Shown here one piece after another: positions 39,972 through 51,339 of a DNA stretch of 64,000 bases (its first letter is position 1; each line of letters begins with the position of its first letter). The stretch is from NCBI GenBank assembly GCA_964016885.1, contig OZ024744.1:49228001-49292000 (forward strand). Direction: 5' to 3'. The DNA is from Eledone cirrhosa (lineage: Eukaryota). The notes under the pieces were generated by a model, which saw only the letters and a list, made by a program, of their open reading frames with translations, was not told the origin of the DNA and ran no database searches. A program made the translations under genes and the position numbers.

Positions 39972-41940
39972 CTTTGAAGAGGACTATCCTCAGGAGAAAA
40001 ATATGGAAGCTAAAGGACCCCACAGCCAGAAATAAATTTAAAAACATACTACTTGATGCTTTCGACAGTAAGGAAGAGCAATTAGAGTCGTACAATATAG
40101 AGGAGCAGTGGGAATTCCTGAAAGCAAACCTGCTGATGGCGGCAGACGGAGTCTGTGGCTGGAGAAGGCCTGTAGGCAGGAGGAGAGTAACATGGTGGTG
40201 GAACAGTAAGGTGGAGGGGTCAATTAAGGCCAAAAAGCAGGCTTGGAAAGTATGGCGGGATGGGGGAAGTAGAGAAGAGTATCAAGTGGCCAGGAGGGAA
40301 GCTAGGAGACAAGTGTACTTAGCAAGAAGGGAAGCAGAGGAAAGAAAGTTCAAGCATGTTCTACAACGCGAGGACCAAAAACGTGAGGTGTTCAGGATTG
40401 CTAGGCAATGTGTCAAGGAAAACCGTGATATTGTCGGGGAGAAGTGTGTACTTAATGATGATGGTGTACTTGCCATTACCGACGCTGATAAGAAGGTAGC
40501 TTGGAAGTGTCACTATGAAAGGCTACTAAATGAGGAGAATAAATGGGAGAAAGACAGTCTCCCCCACATCGACCCAATAGAGGGACCAGCAGTGTTAGTC
40601 GAGGGTAGTATAATAAGTAAGGCAATCAAGGATATGAAGACGGGTAAGGCAGCTGGGCCTTCGGAAATAGTTGCTGAGATGCTGAAGGCATCTGGCACGG
40701 TGGGACACACCATGGTCACCCGGATAGTTAACCAAGTCGTACAGAATGGGGTTTTTCCGAAGGACTGGCGTAGCAGCATCATCGTTAACTGTTATAAGGG
40801 TAAAGGAGATGCCCTAGATAGGAGTAACTATAGAGGCATTAAATTAATCGACCAGGTCATGAAGGTCACGGAAAAAGTAATAGCGCAACTAATGAGAGAG
40901 AGAATTGACCTAGATGCAATGCAGTTCGGGTTTGTGTCAGGCAAAAGTACCACAGACGCTCTTTTCATTGTACGACAACTACAGGAGAAGTACCTAGCTA
41001 AAAGTAAACCCCTCTACTTAGCTTTTGTCGACTTGGAGAAAGCCTTCGACAGAGTCCCCCGTTCCATTATCTGGTGGGCTCTTAGAAAACTAGGTGTCGA
41101 CGAATGGCTTGTGCGAGCTATACAAGCTATGTATAAAGAAACAGTCAGCAAGGTTAGAATTAACAACGAATATAGTGAAGAGTTTAGCGTAAAAGTTAGC
41201 GTCCATCAGGGCTCTGTTCTCAGCCCCCTACTATTTATTATTGCCCTTCAGGCTATAACAGAGGAGTTCAAGACCGGCTGCCCATGGGAACTCCTATACG
41301 CAGACGACCTAACACTCATAGCTGAATCAATGGCCGAGCTAGAGAAGAAATTCCAAACATGGAAGCACGGCCTAGAATCAAAAGGCCTTAAAATTAATCT
41401 GGCTAAGACCAAAGTTCTAGTTTGTAGGAAAGAAAATAAGGCGGTGGTCCCTTCCGGGAAGTGGCCATGCTCAGTGTGTAGGAAAGGTGTAGGTAGAAAC
41501 TCCATTTTGTGTCAGAAATGCAAAGTATGGGTGCATAAAAGATGTAGTGGGATCACAGGTAAGCTAACTAAGAATATAGATTTCACATGTGGCCGGTGCT
41601 CTGGTGCAATAAGTAGCAGCAAGTGCCCACAAAATACTAGCTCTTTCAACTGCGCAGAGGGCTCTATAGAAATAGTGGACAGCTTCCGTTACCTGGGTGA
41701 CAAAATCAGCAGTGGGGGAGGGTGCTCTGAAAGTACAGTAGCTAGAGTCAGAACTGGATGGAAAAAGTTCAGAGAGCTTATACCACTATTAGCCGCTAAA
41801 GGGTTCTCCCTAAAAATGAAAGGCAGGTTGTATGATGCCTGCATACGAACAGCAATGTTGCATGGCAGTGAGACCTGGGCATTGTGTGCAGAGGATATAC
41901 GCAGACTAGAGAGGAACGAAGCGTGCATGCTCCGTTGGAT
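39972..41940 (+). mobile_element. RTE-clade LINE internal fragment with uninterrupted ~655-codon RT frame (core of ORF 39872..42028; both ORF ends derive from unrelated flanks)
   Basis: KAAGP, NYRGIKL, QFGF, FVDLEKAFD, VHQGSVLSP, LYADD, C4HC3 insert, FRYLG, MLHGSETW; 39872-39968 matches PLE 3' UTR sequence at 57068-57158. Confidence 0.93.
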
Positions 41941-42053
41941 AGAACTGGTCATTCCGTATGGTGAATCCTGGTGTAATATTGTGAAGAGTACTCAACGTAG
42001 AGCAGTTCACCCATCTTCGTTTGTGTAGTTGGTGGTGCGAATACGGAGTTAAT

Positions 42054-44019
42054 TATAAATGAAATAACAGGAGGCTGGACTGGTGTAAATCCTTGAAAGG
42101 TTTATTATACTATGATCATTTCAATGACCGGGTTCCATATGAATCCGGTGATATCATCAGGTATTGGAATATAACAAAGGAATATGTAAAAAGCCATGGG
42201 TCCGAAAAACCATGGGTCCGAGAAACCAGAGACAGAGAGGACGGCTGACCAACTAGCCTCACAGCCAGCCGCCCTCAAAGTGTTGGCAACCGAAAACTAC
42301 CAATGAATATCTGGTAAGGGGGCGCAGGCCTATCAGGTACTACCACCACTCCGTCAAAGAAGAAGAGGAAGAAAGAAAGAAAGGGAGAAAGAAGTGTAGT
42401 GTAAGGGTCAAACTACATTCATGTTAGAAAATGCCGCGAAAAAAATGCTAACCAAAGAATCTATAGTGGGTGTCTGTATGGTCTAATGTGTGAGCCGAAG
42501 ATTGGAACGCTAAACTTATGTTGCGAGTTATAGGATGAAATAAATTAAATTAAAAATATTATATTGCAAAATGGTAAATTGAAAAATAGGGGTAGCGAGA
42601 TTTATTTAACGAACTTACGGAGAGAGTCTTATATGAACATTTTTTTTTATTTAACTCGATATGATATTAGGATGGGATATAGAGTAAAGATTTCGATTGG
42701 GAGTCCCAGCCAGCACACCCACCACCAAGAGTCAGCCAGTCTCGAGTGGTATCGTCCAGCGAAAGAAATGGAAATTAATTTTTCCGAGTACTCTAGGAAC
42801 GTAGCTAACTTTGGCCCCGGGATCGCTAGCGGGAACCCCACAATTTCGACAGGCCATCGTCTATACCACGAATATTATTAAATCACACATTAGGGGTTTA
42901 TTTACGTGTGAATAGAGGCATGATACAGCCAATAGTTGTGCCCAAACCTGGAGTTTGTAGGTACAGGTATAATTAGGCGGCCAAAACTGGTGGCGCGGTG
43001 GGACTGGGGCAGAGCAAACCACTCCGAGTAATTTCATTTACCGAAAGAGGAGAAATTTATTTTTCCGAGCACTCAAGGAAGGGTGAACTTTCCGAGTGTC
43101 CAGCGCGCAGCCGGGAAAAAGCCACCACACAAGTCAAACAATGAAAAGTGCAAATAGATCAAAATTATTTTAAATTATTTTAAGGTCCCAGTTAGTCTGG
43201 GTTATAGGTAGTGTGGTTCTTAGGTGGGTAGGGGGCTATGAAGGTGCATAATGACCTGAGTAAGGAAAAGTTACAAAAAAAGTACTTGGAAAAATTAATT
43301 TCCATTTCTTTCGCTGGACGATACCACTCGAGACTGGCTGACTCTTGGTGGTGGGTGTGCTGGCTGGGACTCCCAATCGAAATCTTTACTCTATATCCCA
43401 TCCTAATATCATATCGAGTTAAATAAAAAAAAATGTTCATATAAGACTCTCTCCGTAAGTTCGTTAAATAAATCTCGCTACCCCTATTTTTCAATTTACC
43501 ATTTTGCAATATAATATTTTTAATTTAATTTATTTCATCCTATAACTCGCAACATAAGTTTAGCGTTCCAATCTTCGGCTCACACATTAGACCATACAGA
43601 CACCCACTATAGATTCTTTGGTTAGCATTTTTTTCGCGGCATTTTCTAACATGAATGTAGTTTGACCCTTACACTACACTTCTTTCTCCCTTTCTTTCTT
43701 TCTTCCTCTTCTTCTTTGACGGAGTGGTGGTAGTACCTGATAGGCCTGCGCCCCCTTACCAGATATTCATTGGTAGTTTTCGGTTGCCAACACTTTGAGG
43801 GCGGCTGGCTGTGAGGCTAGTTGGTCAGCCGTCCTCTCTGTCTCTGGTTTCTCGGACCCATGGTTTTTCGGACCCATGGCTTTTTACATATTCCTTTGTT
43901 ATATTCCAATACCTGATGATATCACCGGATTCATATGGAACCCGGTCATTGAAATGATCATAGTATAATAAACCTTTCAAGGATTTACACCAGTCCAGCC
44001 TCCTGTTATTTCATTTATA
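42054..44019. repeat. ~739-bp near-perfect inverted repeat (42054-42792 / 43281-44019), 488-bp spacer, a hammerhead in each arm
   Basis: Arms read as reverse complements; mirror ORFs 42564..42881(+) and 43192..43509(-) share identical N-termini. Confidence 0.95.
43909..43966 (+). ncRNA. Type I hammerhead ribozyme motif (mirror copy 42107-42164 on minus strand)
   Basis: ATAC-CTGATGA-..ACCGG...CCGGT..-GAAA-TGATCA-TA-GTAT followed by AATAAA. Confidence 0.78.
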
Positions 44020-44040
44020 TATGTATATATATATATATAT

Positions 44041-44680
44041 AAATGGAAAAGAATGAAACGAAATTTCATTTCTCACTCTTAGAACGGCTGATACTTAAAT
44101 GTATGTATGTATACGTACATACATATATGTATACAGACGTACAGTAGTATGTATATATATACATACCTGCACACATATATATATGTACGTACTACTGTAC
44201 GTCTGTATACATATATGTATGTACGAATACATACATACTTACATTTAAATATCAGCCGTACTAAGAGTGAGAAATGAAATTTCATTTCATTCTTTTCCAT
44301 TTATCGTTTCGGTGTGCCCGGCCGACTAACTCACTCGATATGCAAACTAGGCTGCTCAGCCGTTAATATGCATAAGGAAAGTATATACTTTCAGACGTTC
44401 AATCATCTGGCAGGAAGGTATACGATGCTGACGATAGCTAATAAGCTTGAAACTAGTACATCGTTCCTTTGTCAGTGTTGAACAAAAAGGCGACGATGGT
44501 TGCCTGAACACTGTACGGCGTAATTCGGGCTGTTTGTTTGTTTACAAACAAACCGAACATTATAATAAATGTTCGGTAAACCCATACGTACATATATATA
44601 TGTGTGCATGTATGTAAATATATACATACTACTGTACGTCTGTATACATATATGTATGTACGTATACATACATACTTACA
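44041..44680 (+). mobile_element. Retrozyme-like element (family H) with inverted 5' segment
   Basis: 44041-44101 is the reverse complement of ~44242-44302; circularly permuted relative to 37669-37980. Confidence 0.78.
44423..44463 (+). ncRNA. Minimal type I hammerhead ribozyme (family H)
   Basis: CGATG-CTGACGA-T-AGCT/AATA/AGCT-T-GAAA-CTAG-TA-CATCG; GUA triplet; palindromic ACTAGT stem III. Confidence 0.88.
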
Positions 44681-44681
44681 A

Positions 44682-44729
<48 letters not shown>

Positions 44730-44916
44730 ATACTTGGGGAGGGTCATATTGTAATAATGTTGCCAGAAATAATAACAGAACACACTCACTGTTCGGTTGG
44801 TTTTCGCTTCTGTATCTTTTATATCTCCATAGTTAATTCATTTGACAATCAATGTTTATCATTGATTTACCAACGGTTAAAAACACAGATATAAATATAT
44901 ATACATAGTCTATCAG

Positions 44917-46904
44917 GGCATACGTCAAGACGGGCGGTCTCAAAAGTGAAACTAATTTTTGACAGTTACGACTGTGAATTTGTTTGTTTTTTTTACAACA
45001 GGTCTCAATAGTGAAAGTATAATGCAGACACACGCAATTGTATGGATTTCTTAATATATATATATGTGTGGGTGTGTATATGTGTGTATATATATGTGTG
45101 TGTGTATGTATATATATATATATGTGTTTGTATATATATATGTGTTTGTGTCATCATCATCGTTTAACGTCTATCTTCCACGCAAGCATCGGTTTAGACG
45201 TATATATATTTTTGTGTGTATATGTGTGTTTGTGTGTATATATATGTGTCTGTATATATATGTGTATGTATATATATATTTATGCACACATACACATTTG
45301 TATGAATTTGTAGATGTATATATATATGCATGTACACAATTGTATGGTTTGTTTTTTAAATAGTGACATTGTGTGTTGAAATAAATAAATATTGAAAATC
45401 CTTATTACACCCTATAAATAACTGAAATACAGTTGATCATCTCGCCAAACTTGTTGATACCAACTCTCTGTCCCCAAAGAAATTAAGGTAGGGTCATAAG
45501 AAGGACAGAGAATGATAAGAGATTTGGGTCAGAGGGGCAGCTTGGGGTTAGAAAGGCAGATTGGCGTCAGAAGGGCTGGGAAAATTTTATTTATTTTAAA
45601 CGAAGCACCGAAGGGCTGGATTCTAATACAGTGTCACATCAAATATGGCTGGACGAGTGTTTGGTCGGGTTACCTTAGTTGAAGATATTTTGGATACCAA
45701 TGCCATTATTAATCATTTTGAAACAATGTATACACTGTGTTCGGCGATACACGGTGACACGTTGTGTATGTTACAGTGGTTGGCGAGTCGGCGTCTGTTG
45801 GCGAACAGTGTGATTTGTCCTCTCTGCAATGAGGCGTGCACATTGAGAAGATATTCTGAGGGGATTGATAAATGGAGATGGCGATGCTGCCGCGACACAT
45901 TTAGTCAATCGGTGCGACGGAATTCTATATTTTATCGAAGCCGTGTTCGACTGGCATTATCAATATGTGGTGCTACGATCATGCCCAAACTGAGATGATG
46001 AGAGAAACAGGACTTAGCAAGCCGACAATTATAGACTGGTGCAATTTCTTTAGAGAAATTTGTGAGCAGTATTTGGAGGCGAATCCTCAACAACTTGGAG
46101 GATTCGATGAGAATGGTTCGTCGATCATTGTAGAGATCGACGAATCAAAATACTTTCATAGAAAGTATCATCGTGGCCAGTGGAGACAGGGTCACTGGGT
46201 GTTCGGCGCTGTAGAACGCCATTCTGGACGCTGCTGCCTCATCGAAGTCCCAGATCGAAGCCGTGAGACTCTTGTCCCCATCATACAGCAATGGATTTTG
46301 CCAGGAAGCCACATCATGTCCGATGGTTGGGCTTCCTATTCTGATATTGAAGAAATTCAAGGTGGCATTTACCTCCATGATGTTGTTGTGCACCAACGGA
46401 ACTTTGTAGATCCTGAAGACCCTAATGTGCACACACAACTCATAGGGAACACATGGAGCCGTGCAAAGAAAAAGCTTCGTCGACAGCATGGGACAAGCGA
46501 TGCTTTATTCCCCTCATATTTAGCTGAATTTCAGAGAGAGTTGGTGCCAACAAGTTTGGCGAGATGATCAACTGTATTTCAGCTATTTATAGGGTGTAAT
46601 AAGGATTTTCATAAGGTACGTCAATTTATATGTTATATGCAACAAACGTATAACTATGTAGTTATTTAAAAAAAAATTATTTATTTCAACACACAATGTC
46701 ATTATTTAAAAAAAAATTTTCCGTACACACAATACACAAAAAAGAAAAAAAACCCCACGTACACGCAATACCAATTAACACCATATCACTATAGAGACCT
46801 GTTGTAAAAAAACAAACAAATTCACAATCCAAATTGAAAGTAATCACTTGCGTAACTGTCAAAAATTAGTTTCACTTTTGAGACCGCCCGTCTTGACGTA
46901 TGCC
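44917..46904 (+). mobile_element. Merlin (IS1016/ISXO2-like) DNA transposon with TIRs and 9-bp TSD
   Basis: 54-bp perfect TIR starting GGCATACGTCAAGACGGGCGG; TSD GTCTATCAG at 44908-44916 and 46905-46913. Confidence 0.92.
45645..46567 (+). pseudogene. Merlin DDE transposase, split into two frames (45645..45998 and 45965..46567)
   Basis: N-terminal CPLC..WRC zinc ribbon; VEIDES, WVFG, SDGW..Y, H..NFV, HTQ.I...W motifs of ISXO2-like transposases; the expected catalytic E after HTQ.I reads G. Confidence 0.88.
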
Positions 46905-46916
46905 GTCTATCAGTAT

Positions 46917-47065
46917 ATTGACCGCCTTCTCAATTTGTATGGCCTTTATAACCTATGTTTATTGCTCTGGTCTCTTTAGCCAATGGAGCGCTTGCCAGCA
47001 TGACTCGGAATTTGCGTTGCGTTTCGCTTTTTCTACCCGCCAAAATGCGATTCTCGCTGAATTTA
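46917..47065 (+). repeat. Dispersed non-coding repeat (second copy ~32160-32306)
   Basis: Shared GGAGCGCTTGCCAGCATGACTCGGAATTTGCG..CGTTTCGCTTTTTCTACCCGCC.AAATGCGATTCTCGCTGAATTTATA followed by (TA)n. Confidence 0.8.
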
Positions 47066-47090
47066 TATTTATATATATATATATATATAT

Positions 47091-47501
47091 AGATATGCGA
47101 CGGCTGGAGAGAAATGAAGCAAGTATGCTCCGTTGGATGTGCAATGTCAATGTGCGTGAACGACTAAGCATAGACGAGTTGAGAAAGAAACTGGGTATAG
47201 GGGGGATAAGTTGTGGGGTGCAGGAGAGAAGGCTGAGATGGTATGGACATGTGATGCACATGGAGGATGACCGCTGGGTGAAGAAGTGCCAGGAAGTCCC
47301 AGTGGAGGGAAGACGCAGTAGAGGTAGACCACGAAAAACATGGGCGGAGGTGGTGAGAGCAGACCTCAGATCGCTGAAACTCACCGAGGAGATGACGAAG
47401 GGCTGTGACAAGTGGAGGGATGCTGTGCTGAATAGGACTAGTCCAACCCTTGCAAGCAGGAAAAAGCGGACGTAAAATGATGATGATGATGATGATGATG
47501 A
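47091..47501 (+). mobile_element. 3' fragment of the RTE family at 21215-24795, with (GAT)n tail
   Basis: Near-identical to 24413-24793 but retains ~21 nt deleted there; inserted in (TA)n. Confidence 0.9.
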
Positions 47502-47599
47502 TATATATATATGTATATATGTATATGTGTGTGTGTCTTTTATTTTTTATTTTTTAACATTTTAATCTTTTTTATCTACAAATGAGGAGATCTCCAACG

Positions 47600-50500
47600 T
47601 AAAACCCGAGGTTCAGGAAGTATTCTGAATAGCAACGTCATGCACCAAAATGTGGAGATAGTGCTGTGGAAGCTATATCCACTTAAAAAATAATATTTCA
47701 CACAGGTACTTCTTGTACCCTTTCTCGTTATTTAAGATCGTAACAATGGGTTGGCAGTAACCCCAAAATGCATGCGTAATTTTAATTGAAATATCTCACA
47801 CAAAGTTATGGCAGAAAGAACTTGGGATCTTCTGGTGAACAGGTTTGGCCCGGCAAGCGCCCTTGGATGCTACAGCCTAGACCCGATCGCCATCCTGCTA
47901 CTGTGACAAACACAAACACTCAACCCAAAAAGAAACCTATGGTCAGTATGAAGTTTGCATGTTGGAATGAACATACTCTCTTAGAGAACAATAAGTCTGA
48001 TAGAGCAGAACGTCGCACAGCATTGATTGCAAAGGAGGTAGATATGATCTGGACATCGTTGCATTATCTGAGACACGTCTATCTGGAGATGGGGAACTTA
48101 CTGAAAGGTTTGCCTGAAGGGGAAAGGATAGATTCGGGTGTTAGTTTTGCAATTAAAAACTCAATCCTAGATTGTATCCAAGAATTTCCAAGTGGTGTAT
48201 TACACATGATACCTTTCCGGATCGATTTCCGACAATTGTGAGTGTTTGCGCACCGACAATGTCACCTATTGAAAACATTGAAAAATTTAATCAGGATCTT
48301 GGAAATCTGTTGCGAAAAATTCCAAGGGAAGAGAAGCTTGTGATCACGAGTGACTTTAATGGTAGAGTGGGAGTAGGTCATGCAACGTCACCTGTTTCAG
48401 GAAGCGTGGCACTGGAAAATGTAACGAAAATGCACAACACCAGTTGGCTATCTCACATACTTTCCTCAAGCAAAAAGAGAAATATAAAAACACATGAATG
48501 CACTCTACCTCTAAGCACTGACACCTTGACTATATATTAGTTTGAAAACCAGCTTTGAATGACGCAATTAGTGTCCAAGTAATGAGACGTGCAGAATGTT
48601 GGACGGACCATATGATGTTGAAAAGTTTTCAAGATAGACTTATGAACATTACTCTCGATGAAGAAAAACATTGGGAAAGTTTCAAGTCTCAAGTCTATGC
48701 AGTTGCATCAAGCACTTTGGGTTTCAAATCCTAAAATATGGCTGATTGGTTTTCTGATAATGACTTGCAAGTGTCCAGACTTTTGCATGAAAAACAAGAG
48801 ATGTGCAAAGTCTAGGAAAGTCCCAAAATCTCAACAGAAACAGTGAGTTTAAGGCTGTGAGATTAAAAATTCAGAGTAGTCTTCGGCAAATGAAGTAAAA
48901 TTGGTGGCACCAGAAAGCCAATGAAGCACAAGCAGCTGCAGACTGCAAATACTCTAAGGCCTTCTTTTCATACATAAAAGATGTATTTGGTCCAAGAACA
49001 ACAGCGATATCTCCTGTGAAATTTATTGGACAACTCTTTACTGATGTCATATCCATACAGAAACGTTGGATGCAACACTACTCTGATCTGCTTAACAGAT
49101 CGTCAAATGTGAATATAGACACAATTGAGAGCATGGACAACTTCCAGTCATGGAAGAAACGTCTTCTTAGCCTTCAGTAGATGACATCACCGCAGCCGTG
49201 AAGAAGTTAAATAACAATAAATCTCTTGGTATCTATGGTATCAGTTCAGGAATATTGAAATTTGGTGGACAAAGGATGATCGAAATTCGTCACTCACTAC
49301 TTTTGCATTGTTGGAGAGCGGAGTGGGACAATGCTATTTTAATATTACTTTTTAAACCTGGTCCTAAAAATGTATGTAATACCTTTTCGTGGCATATCTT
49401 TGTTATCTGTTGGTGGAAAGGTACTCTCGTGTATTCTGTCAGAGCGTCTTCACAAATTCATCGTTCCAAGAGCTGTCAGAATCACAGTGTGGGTTTTTCG
49501 CCTCTCACGGGACAGTTGACATAATTTTCACTATCCGTCAATTACAAGAAAATTGCACAGAACAAAACGTGGGGTTATATCACTGCTTTGTAGATCTTAG
49601 CAAAGTGTTAACACTCTTAACAGGACTGCATAGTGGTTGGTGTTGGAAGTAAGGCAGGGTGACCTTGAAGCACCAACACTCTTCGCCATCTATTTTGCGG
49701 CGATGCTGTCAAATGCTTTTGCAACATCAACAGACAGTATTTATTCGATATCGCTCTGTGTTGAATTTGACTAAAATGAGTTTCAACTCTAAAGTCTTCA
49801 CTATATGCAGTAACCACGACCTAATAAGTCCCTCTGAGGGGGACATGCAAAGCCAGATCAGTGATTTCGACGCTGCTTGTGATATGTTCGGTCTTATAAT
49901 CAATTTGAAAAAGACTGTTGTAATGCATCAACCTGCTCCTGAAGAGCAGACAGCAGCACTTCAAATCCTCGTTAAGGGCCAATGCTAAGGACGGTGACGT
50001 CCTTTGAATACATTAGCAGTAGGATACAAACTGATGGCAAATTGGATACTGAAATCACATCCGGTATTCAAAAGGCAGTAAAAACCTTTATTGGACTACA
50101 AATTAAAGTTACAAGGTGACGGGACATTAAATTGGAGACTAAGATTGCTGTATATTTCTCACTTGTAGTCTCCATACTATTGTATTTATCCGAGACATGG
50201 ACGTTGTATACACGGCATGTTAAAATGTTGGAGCAGTTTCACCAAAATGTCTCCGGCTTATACTCAACATAAGCCGGAACACATTTGTTCCAGAAAATGA
50301 GATTTTTGTTAGGACAAAAGTTACATCTACTCAAGCTATGCTTATTAGGAATCAGTTAAGATTCGTATGGGTGACGGACGCATCCACAAGAAAATATTTT
50401 ATGGCGAACGCAAACTGGGCAAAAGGATAAATAGTAAGCCAAGGAAGAGATACAGAGACTCTTTAAAAATGAACTTAAAATGACTCAACATATCCTAGAA

Positions 50501-50825
50501 AAATCTTGAATCATGTGTAGTAGAAGAAATGCTATTTGGAGTGGAGTTAAAGCATTTGAAATGGAAAGGGTAAAATACGTAGAACTGAAAAGAAAAGTGT
50601 GGAAGAATGACAGCAACAGAAATAATGCTGAATCTTATGCAGCGTTGGTTTTCAATTACCCTGTGTACCTTAAGGTAGGCCATTTGAATGCTAGCTTAAT
50701 AACACACTAAAGAGCACATGATGGTAAAGTCCAAGTTGACTATTCAAACTCCATTGCAGAGAATCAGTACCAGTGTCATTTTTGTCAGAAAATTTGCAAA
50801 TCAGGTGATGGATTGAAGCCACATG

Positions 50826-50826
<1 letters not shown>
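47600..50826 (+). mobile_element. Old decayed RTE (BovB-like) LINE with C-terminal C2H2 zinc finger
   Basis: FACWN..TLL..DRAERRTALIAKE, SDFNGRVG, ESQCGF, FVDLSK, INLKKT, ETWT; YQCHFCQKICKS..GL..H at ~50767-50825. Confidence 0.82.
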
Positions 50827-50864
<38 letters not shown>

Positions 50865-51308
50865 CGATAACTTGTTACCCCATATATATATATATATGGG
50901 GTAACAAGTTATCGTTATAGCTAATCCAGTTAGAGGTTGTGAGTACTCTGCGTCGTGGATAGTTTTAACGTACGGTTTTGTTTAACTCAACAAGATGTTT
51001 CCATAGTTAGGCAGCGAGTTCGCGGTAATTCCTATGTAGGTTATACTTGGAGTAATAATAGTGAAAGAATGAAGAGTAACATGTTGTACAGCCAACATTT
51101 CACTATATTCATACATATAAATCATTGTTTATATATATATAACGAAGGAAATGTGGGAAGGAACCAGATGGACCCTAACGCACCAAAGCACTCAATACTT
51201 AGAGTAGTAGAGTGGGTGATAGGAACGAGTAGGACCCCGACATCTGAGCTCAAGCCGAATTAGCCGTCGAAACGGCTTGAGCTCAGCCGTCGGGGTCCTA
51301 CTCGTTCC

Positions 51309-51336
<28 letters not shown>

Positions 51337-51339
<3 letters not shown>

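Noticed and set aside
39872-42028. 718-aa ORF as an intact active LINE or novel fusion gene
   Set aside because: It lacks the endonuclease and the 3' end; the first ~34 and last ~29 codons are read-through into unrelated repeats
42564-43509. Two paralogous 105-aa genes
   Set aside because: They are mirror ORFs created by the inverted repeat, with a non-ATG start and no protein-like motifs
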